A DNA stretch of 62,909 nt, counting the filler, from Globobulimina sp. (lineage: Eukaryota), in assembly GCA_003354225.1 (NCBI GenBank). It is 19 parts of 19 records of this genome, joined end to end, with 100 filler letters (N's around TTAATTAATTAA, not from the genome) between each part and the next. Parts side by side here need not be neighbours in the genome. Positions count along the whole stretch, not along the records: positions 46,445 to 49,657 come from PIVH01003400.1; positions 49,758 to 52,970 come from PIVH01003401.1; positions 53,071 to 56,283 come from PIVH01003402.1; 16 more parts are not named here. One strand, 5' to 3'. Of the stretch, positions 46,445-56,383 are shown piece after piece; within the stretch, counting starts at the first letter, position 1, and every line of letters starts with the position of its first letter. Below the pieces are notes generated by a model. It did not search any database and had not been told where the DNA came from. It saw only the letters and a program-made list of their open reading frames with translations. The translations under genes were made by a program, and so were the position numbers.

Positions 46445-48742
46445 ATCCTCATTTCTAGCTATCCAAACTGATGTATATCCTTTATTTTTTCTTTCTCCTT
46501 TGTGAGGATTAAAACGTACAAAAAAAGGAGTCAATACTAATATTGAGTTTTCTTCATCTTTTATGTTAAAATGAGCAACATTCTTAATACCCATCGTGCA
46601 TTTCCAATGTTGACCAATTTGAAGATCAACACAAAAATCTTTATCCTCATTGTTACTTGTAACTTCGAGATTTTCGCCAATTTCAGCATTAACAAAATTA
46701 GTCATGATCGCAGTCAAACCATTACTCATTAATTCCCAAAAACGTCTAAATAAATACTTTGTGTCACAATGACGTGCGTTTTCAACATCATACAATAATA
46801 ATTCCGTCATTGGGTTTTGATAAAATTGAAAATGTTTATACTGACGCAACTCCATTCTTAAACTGGATATTAGTATAATAAGAGGATTCAAATTATATTG
46901 AATAAAATGTTCGTTAACATTTTTTTGATGTTCATATTGCTCTTTATCAAAAATATTTGGACATTTTTGAAGTTTATAATTTTCTCCTGTTGGTCTTGCA
47001 CCAGGTGAAATTTGATTTCTTGATAAATTAGATTTATAATTAGGTGACATCACAATTCCGAATGAACCACTCATATTTGACCAAACATTCGAATGAAATC
47101 TACTGTAATATTTAGGTTTGATTCTTTTTTTTTTTGGATCGTATAACACTTCTAAACAAATCTTACCATTTGCTGTTGACAGTGCATCTGGATAATATCC
47201 ATTTATTTGAACAACACCTATATCTGCAGATTGATCAAATGCTTGTACTTTGAATCTCACTGAACAACTAACCATATCGTATTGTTCTGGTTTGTTACTA
47301 TCGAATGTAGTGTGAGGATATATTAATCTACGAAACTGTATGCCATTTATTGGTACATCAACTAATTTTTGACGAGCTTCATGTGTTTCAAATATTGTTT
47401 TGTAATGAATGATCATATCAGCATGTAATAAAATATCTGCTTGATTTCGATATGAGATTAAATAATATGCAGTTTGACCATTAATTGGGGCAGATAATAA
47501 ACAGTAATAATCAAAAGAATCACAAACCGTTATTTCGTTATTTAAATCTGCAATATTTCTCATTTTATTTATCACTTCGGTAACGAATTGCGGAATCTTG
47601 AAACAAATTTTTGGTTTCCAGTCTGCAGATGGCAACAAACTTTTGACAAAATATTCAGCCTTGTTAATTCGAAATGCAATTATGCTGCTTAATATTACAC
47701 ACCAATAACATAATTTAATTGAACCATTGAAAAAACTGACTAAACATGTACTATGATATAGTTGATGAACACCATCGTTAACTACTTTCATTTTCACACA
47801 ATTTTTATTGCAACAACAAAATGCTTCATACTTATTTAAAAGAATGTTGCACTCATCATTCATACATTGCTTGTCATGCGCTTTTTGTTTTTTACCAGTC
47901 CAATCTAATGCTCCAACAGGAAGACCAAATACTGGATAATCAAATAACGAGGATATTACAGTTGAATTAACCTCCAAATAATTTTTATTAATTTTATCAA
48001 ACAATCGAATTAGAAGCACATGTTTATTGCCACGATTTTCAATTGATAAAATCGGATCAATTAGATACATCTGTTTTGTTTGAACATGAGTGGGAACAAC
48101 ACGCGATATTTGGTCTGAAATAATGTTATTTGGAATGAACATATCTTGCTGCATTTCCCGATATAATACTACATTGTTGTTTGCTGTGTCTACCACATCT
48201 AATTTTCTTTCATCGAAAATTGATTCATCTGCATGATATTTGTTCATGGAAAATACCACATTATTATTATTATTGTCTGACGGTGATGGTGACCTCGGAT
48301 AATATTCTAATTTCCTTTTTCTGTTTGTTGATGGTAATGTGATAGTCGCAAAAGAATCTGCATCCAATAATTTATGTCTCTTTCTGGGTGGTTCATATGA
48401 AATTGAAGCATCTGATTTAAAATTGCGGTATAACTGTTTTTCAGAAGCATCTTTGCTTTCCCATTTTTTTTTAAGATGAAATACAAGATTACGAGTACAG
48501 TTTTTTTTTTTTTCGTTTAACTGCTTAAATAAAAGATGATCAGTTGATGTTTCTAATTGTTGTTCTTTCTCATCTGTCACTGGCTGCCCTGTTTCTTCCT
48601 TCAGTTGTTGCATTAAATACGTTTTGTATAATAAATGATAAAATTTAGGTTTGTCATCTTCATTATTGTTCGCTTGCCAGGTAAAATATTGCTCAGAGAT
48701 AGCATCTACTTGTTCAGCAATCAAATGCATAGTCAAAGGCAT
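46445..48742 (-). CDS. PHD-like finger + divergent ALKBH5-like 2OG-Fe(II) dioxygenase domain protein (last few codons cut off)
   Basis: C4HC3-like pattern CMNDEC..CCCNKNC..YHSTC..CYWC. C-terminal HCDTKYLFRR, LQIG, SILVLTPFFVRFNPH and TSVWIAR align by eye to ALKBH5 HVDPIHIFER, LCFG, SVTVLSGYAADEITH and RAVIILR. Confidence 0.62.
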
Positions 48743-48998
48743 ATTATTAACACTTTTCAATAATTGATCGAAGATATGTTATTACAATAATAGAAGATAT
48801 GTGTATAAATATAGATTATGATTACAATAATAGAAGATATGTAAGGTTCATAATTATACGACAGGATAGGGACTAGGCTAATGAAAATTATCAATTATTA
48901 AGGGAATTTATTATAAAAAAATTAAGCTAATGTCATTAAAACAAATTAATACATAAATAGGTGAAAAAAAAACACATAAATAACATCAGGGTACAATA

Positions 48999-49290
48999 TC
49001 ATCTTTTTTTTTTGTTGGTTTCATCCACTTTTCTAAATATCCAAATTGATGTATATCCTTTATTTGTTCTTTCTGCTTTGTGATGATCAAAACGTACACA
49101 AAAAGGAGTCATTACTAATATTGGTTTTTCTTCACCCATCGGGTAGTTCCAATGTTGAGCATCTACTTGTTCAATAGTCAAAGGCATAGTCAAAGGCAGT
49201 GTCTAATAGAAGATATGTGATTATAATAATACAAGATATGTGGTATAAAGACAGATTATGGTTATGATAATTGAAGATATGTAAGGTTTA
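48999..49290 (-). pseudogene. Internally deleted tandem mini-copy of the PHD-ALKBH5-like gene (64-aa ORF 48999-49193 plus duplicated 5' flank)
   Basis: MPLTIEQVDA (N-terminus of the long gene) is joined to QHW...ILVMTPFCVRFDHHKAERTNKGYTSIWIFR (its C-terminus). The AAGATATGT-repeat flank at 49205-49290 is homologous to 48771-48850. Confidence 0.85.
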
Positions 49291-49386
49291 GTAATAATGA
49301 GAGTGCTGTATATAATATTATTAATGTTGATTTGATTGTTTTTTTTGAAATTCATCAACTTTCATACACAATTCAAGTAATATATG

Positions 49387-49487
49387 GGAGTACATGTAGT
49401 ACATGACAGTACATGGAAGTACATGAGTACATGCGAGTACATGGTGTACATCATGTACACCATGTACTGTCATGTACTCATGTACTT
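49387..49487. repeat. AGTACATG micro-repeat cluster arranged as an inverted array
   Basis: About 7 GTACAT(G) units followed by about 4 CATGTAC units. The core AGTACATGGTGTACAT-C-ATGTACACCATGTACT is a perfect 16-bp palindrome. Confidence 0.9.
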
Positions 49488-49757
49488 ATTATTATATAGT
49501 TAAAGTAGTTTTATTTTTATTTAAATCCACTTTGTTGTCAACAAAAATTACAACCATTTGCAAAAATAAGTAACGCTCAATTAAGCGTCAGATGTCACTA
49601 TTTTATTCTGGTGGACCGATCAGATGTCACTATTGTGCCAAAGGATTATGTCAGATGNNNNNNNNNNNNNNNNNNNNNNNNNNNNNNNNNNNNNNNNNNN
49701 NTTAATTAATTAANNNNNNNNNNNNNNNNNNNNNNNNNNNNNNNNNNNNNNNNNNNN

Positions 49758-49830
49758 GTTTTCAACCTACTATTCGAAGTTGACCTAGGTCATCGAATAC
49801 TAGGTCAACTTCGAATACTAGGTTGAAAAC
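49758..49830. repeat. 31-bp inverted repeat hairpin at the contig start
   Basis: GTTTTCAACCTACTATTCGAAGTTGACCTAG / 11-nt loop / CTAGGTCAACTTCGAATACTAGGTTGAAAAC, with one mismatch. Confidence 0.9.
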
Positions 49831-50016
49831 CACTCTAGCTAACTCAAACACTTTGCTATTCGTTGAAATGAAACGAAACGAAACTAAGCCAAAAAAGTTA
49901 ATTGCCATTAGTCAACAGATTTTAATTTTATATCAACTGGCATTCCATTTTAGAGATTTTAAAATTCATATTTTATCAAAATTCAAATCAATCCTTTTCA
50001 AAATTCAAATCAATTT

Positions 50017-51633
50017 TTATACGATGTGTTGTTCAGATTTATATTTCAAACGAATTTCATTACAAGTTTTTTGCATCTTTTTCTTATAAATCACAAATGC
50101 AATGATCACCATACATATTACGGAACAAATAAACCAAATCATCAACATTGATGATTCACCGTTTTCCTTTGCACTTTCTTTTACAGATTGAACCTTTTCC
50201 ACAATGTCATTTTCAATCTGTTCAATTTTTTGCAATATATTAATATGATCGCGCGGTGCTTGAATACCAATATCCTTTTTTGCATGATCCACGACATGAT
50301 CCTCCATATTCACTATCTCCTCTTTTATGTTTGTGTCATTCCATTGTATCCAATGTCTGATGCATTTATCGCCCATATCGACCTTATGATTTATAGTATC
50401 AACGCCTGAAAATTGCAGATATTGTTCCAATGTCCTTTGCTTTCCAATGCCGTACGAACCCAATGCATCATATGCTTCCTGAGATTGATCAGAATTTGCA
50501 AACTTCAGCAAAGTACCCATTCGATTATTACTTTGCGTCAATTCATCTCTATCCACCCTCCAAGAACCTTTATTGCCTTTCTCTGATTGGTACCAAGTCC
50601 CAATATATGCTCTGGACGGTGAATAGATGTCATATCCATGCGTCCATAGTCGTGCGCCGCGACTGAATTCTTCGCCATTGAATACATGCTTTAAATTAAT
50701 ATCATTTGGCACACGTTTCTCGGCATGACAGGGACTAAATGATAAGCCGGCAGCCCATAAGGGTGCGATGACTGGTCGCTGTAAGTTTGCAGCCGCTCTT
50801 GCTCTGCCATTACGGACCTGAACAGTGAACACATTCAAGCTTAAATTAAAATCGTCTGAGTGACTCAACTCCAGTTAACTGAACTGAGTCTTATTGAGAT
50901 TCGTGTTACAAATTACCTGCCCCATCCCTAAAATGGATGCTTCGCACAAGTGTGGCATCTCCCAATGCTTATTGCTATTACGTCCAATGTCTTTTATATT
51001 GGATGGATATGTGGAGATTACTGCGAATTCATTGTTGCATTTGCCCCATTCACGCAACATCAGCATATCCCAATTTTGTGCAGCATCGCTATGTGCGTCT
51101 ATTTGCATGCAAAAATCCTCATCGTCGACTAATTCTGCCTGCAGTGCCCGTGCATAAACTGGGCCCTTTGCATCGGCGGCGAGCATTCTGTTCACTTTTA
51201 TATTGTTAAAGTATGGACAGTTTGTCTTGTCCCACTCTTCATCTTTGTGCTTTGTATATTGTTTCTTGGTATCCATTATTTTACAATATTCATAGACACA
51301 ATCTTCGTCATTGTCGGGCTCGTTTTGTTGAACAATACCGATATAGATACGATTTGGATGCGATGATTTGGTAAATAAATTATATAATGTATCTTTACAA
51401 CGTGTTTCACGCAATGATGCGATTAATACTATTATTTTGGTGTCATTCTTTTTCCAATTATCACTATATGGTACTGGTGGTTGTGGATATTTGTCGGAGG
51501 TCCCGTCGTAAATTTCGTTTGGTATTTCTACCCATTCCCCGCCTTGTAGCACAATATTCGGTGCGTGCCAATCTGCGCCACCACGTGAGAGACATAAGCG
51601 CACCAAGATGTGCATCAGTAGTACTAGTGACAT
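50017..51633 (-). CDS. GT60-family polypeptide/hydroxyproline GlcNAc-transferase (Gnt1/Gnt2-like); intron 50818-50916
   Basis: IASLRETRC..TL, IGIVQQN, AKGPVYAR, MQIDAH, STYP, PLWAAGLSF, GEEFSRGARLWTHGYDIYSP. It has a signal peptide and a C-terminal TM. Confidence 0.87.
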
Positions 51634-51713
51634 GATCAAAGTGGAGTAAAAACTGTGAGTGTACAGTTCGAGATGAAAAGTGTGTCATTTTGCAAATCTC
51701 GATCAGACGTACG

Positions 51714-52944
51714 CTAAAACGATGTGATTGGATGCCAAATCCAGTCAACACAATTTTTATAGTTTTGTTTCTTGCTTTGTCTGCTTTTATTTTTCTTATT
51801 TTTTTTATCCTCCTTTACATCCTTTATCATCTGAACCGATGTGATTTTATACATTGCAGCAATGGGTATGATCAGAGATCCAATTTTGATTTGGCAGCAA
51901 CAATGAGTTTATATCATGTATCATAAAAGCAGGCAGTGGTTGGCTAATACCAAAGCATTGCATATTATTATTTGTAAAATATATAAAATCAACAATACCA
52001 ATGATACCATTTGCTAATTTAAAGAAAAAGAAAAGGAAAATAAAAATATTAAGCAGTTAGCAAGGGACATACCTGCAAATGTAGGCGGTCTAAATTGCAA
52101 CGAATCTTTAAAAACAACATCATATGAATCTGCGAATTTAAATCCGTGCTTATAATCGCTTTTAGAATCTTTTTCATTCCGTTTACACATTTCACCAAAT
52201 CGCGGATCATAATAATTCTTATTTAAACCGCCATCGATCAATGTTTTATGGATCGAACTTTGCGTTCCATCATTGAAATCGCCACAAATTAGTATCGGGA
52301 TTTTATTGACGTCAATGTTGTATTCCTTGCATCGGTAAGTTATTCTATTTAAGATTGATTTGATTTGTTTAAATCTTATTGCCCATTTTCTGGGTTCTCC
52401 CTCCAAATGGACATTAACAATAAATATATATTGACTTTCTTTGTCCAAAACATTTGTATTTTTATTACTTTCTTCTTTTGATTCGTTGTTATTATTATTA
52501 TATTTATTGAGCAGCAGCATCATTAATGAAATAATACAACGCGATCTGAATTCATTGTAAATTAATTTGAACTTATTCATTTTATACAAAGTGGCTGGTT
52601 TTATTATCAATGATGCCGCAGCTTTGTTATTTTTATATTTCTGTTTTTTAGTGTCTTTTGTATCGATTATAAAATTGTAATTATGTTTTTCTTTATAAAT
52701 ATTACCAAAATCTTCATCAAATGTAAACGGATCACATTCTTGTAAGCATATGATATCTGTACAATAATTTAAAATAATTTCTTTTATTTTCGGGTATCGA
52801 TATGACCATAAACGATGTTGTCTATTCACATATTGCTTTAGTTAAAATGTTGAATGATAGTAAGGTAAATTCATTCAATTTTGATTGTGGTAATGGTGTT
52901 AATGCCTGATAGACGCGTGTTGGTCTTTTTGTATATGTTTTCAT
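51714..52944 (-). pseudogene. CCR4/nocturnin/Angel-like EEP phosphodiesterase with two frameshifts (about 52838 and 51867); intron 52014-52072
   Basis: LLSFNIL, DIICLQECD, VNVHLEG, ICGDFND, VDFIYF, LPNQNWISDH. An extra A follows FNILTK, and there is a 2-nt loss in SDH(I)PIAA. Confidence 0.7.
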
Positions 52945-53070
52945 GCTCGATGATGGAAGCACTTTTAAGCNNNNNNNNNNNNNNNNNNNNNNNNNNNNNN
53001 NNNNNNNNNNNNNNTTAATTAATTAANNNNNNNNNNNNNNNNNNNNNNNNNNNNNNNNNNNNNNNNNNNN

Positions 53071-54992
53071 GCTGTGCTATTTAATAAATGCATCTCTACT
53101 CGTCCATTTCTATGGACCGTGGTCAGCATAGGTATTACTTGCGCATTCCGTCGATGACTTCCTGTCATAGGTTCTAGGAAAATCTCTGTCCCCTCTTCGG
53201 GTATAATGTGTCCTTCATACGAATATAATTTCCCTATAACATTATATACCGAATTTCCTCCCGAAATACTGACTTTTTTACTCAACCGTACGAACCCACT
53301 AAATGGCTCAGGTGGGGGGCCCATTTGGATCTTTTTATCTCCTAATATAATGTGGTTCATTTTACGTTCGACGATTGGGGGGTTTAATGTCCAAAAGTCT
53401 AACCCCAAAATGGTCAAAGGTACTGTATTATCGTCATCAATAATATGCATAGTGTGCTCATAAATAGTAGACCCGATTTTAAAATGTATCATTGCATGTC
53501 CCAATATGGGATAACGTTTTAAATGTCCAATAATTTCAACATGTTTGCAACGACATAACATTTCTAAATCGCCCTTCATTTTAAGAAACACTGATTTTTG
53601 CATATATGACAAAGCTGACGTAATACTTAAAATGGTCGCTAATTGAAAGTACGGTTTATGTTCTTCATACTCGCAATATACTATGGGTATTTCATTAGTT
53701 TCCAATTCTAAAATGTTTTTTAACTGTAGCTCATGAGCATGTATAGCACTGATGGGCGCTGTTTTCTTTAGCGTCCCTTTATCGCATAATACGTCAATCG
53801 GCGCGCGCTCGTAATGTAGTTGAACAATCGGCCATTCACTCGGTACTTCGCTGATTCCACTTTTTCGCAATTGCTTTTCTACTATACGGCGCTGTTCTCG
53901 TGCGTCAATAAATCCCTGCGCTTCTTTTTGTTTCAACTCGGCATAACTACGCATTAGGTTATATTGGTGTTTCCTTTCCTTAATTTTACCTTGATTTAAA
54001 TTTGACTGTTTCCTTGACTGTTGATGGCAATTGTGTGATATGGTGTCATGCCCTTCGTCCAATCGTTCCGGCAAATCAATATTCCTTTCCTTCCGATAAT
54101 TTTCCGATACTAGAGTATGATGGTCCACGGGTACTGATATAATATCGGTACCTCCTTCTCCTGTGTCAGAAACATGGTTGGGATATGATTTACCTTCCCG
54201 ACATTTAGGCTTTGGCATAACTTCTATGTTGTCCTGGATCGCGCCTGACTGCGCTATTTGCTCAATTACCATATCACTTTCGCTTAATCTCAGTTCTCTC
54301 TGACTCGAGAGACTACTACTTTGATCTACACAGTCTAGGACTTGTTTGTCATTGCATAATGTTTTCATTAACCTTTTATCTGATCTTGATTGCATATTTT
54401 GGTTCTTTTTCTGCGCTAGGGATGCGACTGTGTCATTTGCTTCCATGCCCAATGATCCTGTTGTACTACCCGATACTTCAGTTATTTCAGGAACATTATG
54501 ATTAACTACAGGCAATACATTAGGTAATGGTACACTTTGAATACCCGTATGCAACTCATTAGTACTTGCATCACTTGTACAATAGGTACAGTTAGCACCC
54601 TTTTGAACATGATCTTCTACATTTATTATTTTGTTTTTGGACTCCAAATTGCTACTGTATAAGGTCAATTGTTTATGTCTCTCTTTAATTTGATAATCTA
54701 ATTGTTCAGCACTATTTCGCATTTTTACTACACCATCATTTACTTCAGTAAATGCGTCATGCAAACGAGTAACTACAGCATCAAAACAATCATGATTATC
54801 ATTTAATTTTTTCGAGCATTTCTTCATTATCATTTGTATTTCCAATAGATCTTCTATTTTCTGTTCCAGGGCTGCCATAGGTTGGATCTCCACTTGTCCA
54901 TTTCCTATAAAAAAATGTGTGACCTTCCTCCATATTGATAATATAAAATAATGTACTACTAAATAATATAATATAATACAATCTTTAATCAT
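53071..54992 (-). CDS. Gag/protease-like ORF of an LTR retrotransposon (3' partial)
   Basis: Coiled-coil N-terminus and the retropepsin C-terminal motif PILGHAMIHFKIG...LTILGLDFW. It starts 140 bp downstream of a PBS. There is no intact D-[TS]-G motif and no CCHC knuckle. Confidence 0.65.
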
Positions 54993-55133
54993 ATCTCATC
55001 AGTCGTCGCATTTGGGTAAAAAGGTCTTCAAAATTGGACTCCACTGTCACAGTGAGTTCAAACAGTATGAAACACAATATACACAATATACAGTCTCACA
55101 CAGCAACACAAACCGGAATCCAAGAAAAACCGA

Positions 55134-55147
55134 CACTACTGCCACCA
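55134..55147 (-). promoter_or_regulatory. Primer-binding site (probably tRNA-Leu)
   Basis: TGGTGGCAGTAGTG lies 3 nt after the LTR end ...TATTACA. It is complementary to a ...CTGCCA-CCA tRNA 3' end typical of eukaryotic tRNA-Leu. Confidence 0.7.
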
Positions 55148-55150
55148 ATT

Positions 55151-55631
55151 TGTAATAGTATTGTCTAAATGTATGTACTTCCGTACTAAACGACAACAGC
55201 CGAAGTACAAAAGCTACACAACCGACCTCTACTAATCGAAAAGGGTAGCATCATGCCGTCGTCGGAAACGCGAGATCGAATCGCAACCGGCTTCTTGGTC
55301 CGGTAAGGGCTGCAGTGCGAGTTCAGACTTATTATGAACTGTATATAATCAAAAACTACCCATGGCACTCTTTATGACGAAAACCATAAAATATCCAACC
55401 ATAAAATATCAAATATAATAAAGGTCGACCAATAATAAAAGTGATCACATAAAAAGGTCAAGATCTAATATCAAGACGATTATCAAGAATGTTTTCAGTA
55501 ATGATCTTCTGTTCGTAGGCCGGCCAGTTGCGCCGGCAATCACATCATGCTGGTTTGCGGCATGCAAATTTGTGTAATGAGCTTGCATGAATACGGCGGA
55601 CTTGATCATTGTAATAACCATGTATATTACA
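55151..55631 (-). mobile_element. Long terminal repeat (481 bp) of a Ty3/Gypsy-like element
   Basis: 5'-TGTAATA...TATTACA-3' 7-bp terminal inverted repeat, with a PBS immediately 3' and the purine tract AGAGGGATGAAGGAGGCA (55632-55649) immediately 5'. Confidence 0.7.
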
Positions 55632-56383
55632 TGCCTCCTTCATCCCTCTGATGTGATCTGGCTCCTTGGTACCCCTCTGATCTCATGGCCAATGAATTCT
55701 CGGGAGTGTCACGGATGCCAATTTCATTGATGAATTCTTCATATGATGTTCCTTGTGTACACTTCTTCTTCTTTTGATGGTTCTTCATCAATGAAATGGT
55801 CCCACAATCATGGTTGACGACAGGGGCATAAATCCGCTCCGCTAGTAAGGGAGTGTCGCGATTGATGGCAATTTGTAAACTCCCATCGCATGGTATGGTC
55901 GTCCTCGGATGCGTAGTCCTGAAATTAAATAAAGCGGCAGCAATCTGTTCTTATCAATAGAATTACCTACTTGTACCCATTTATGCTACCTGTTACCATA
56001 TTATGTGTTACCAGGGTACTATATCTTTACCTACAATATGGGATTGTTACCATGGGTTTTTGTATTTTCTAAATAACACGACTAAACTGTCGTAAAATCA
56101 ACTCTAAACCTTTCTGCGCACGATTTTGTGACAATCGAATTTGTAGTTTTTGGCGAAAGTGTACTGTATTTCTGTAGGAAATGCATTTCCGGAAGTACTA
56201 TGCATTTTTCAATGCATAGTTCCCTTCCCCCTACGGTAATTGTTATGTGCCATGTGGGCCCATAACTTTGGATGGAATTATTANNNNNNNNNNNNNNNNN
56301 NNNNNNNNNNNNNNNNNNNNNNNNNNNTTAATTAATTAANNNNNNNNNNNNNNNNNNNNNNNNNNNNNNNNNNNNNNNNNNNN

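Noticed and set aside
49387-49487. SMART template-switch oligo concatemer (…GAGTACATGG)
   Set aside because: The rest of the oligo (AAGCAGTGGTATCAACGC) is absent and the units are degenerate; treated as genomic.
51860-52845. Euplotes-style programmed +1 frameshifting
   Set aside because: The shift sites lack a shared AAA-TAR or other slippery-stop context and differ in size.
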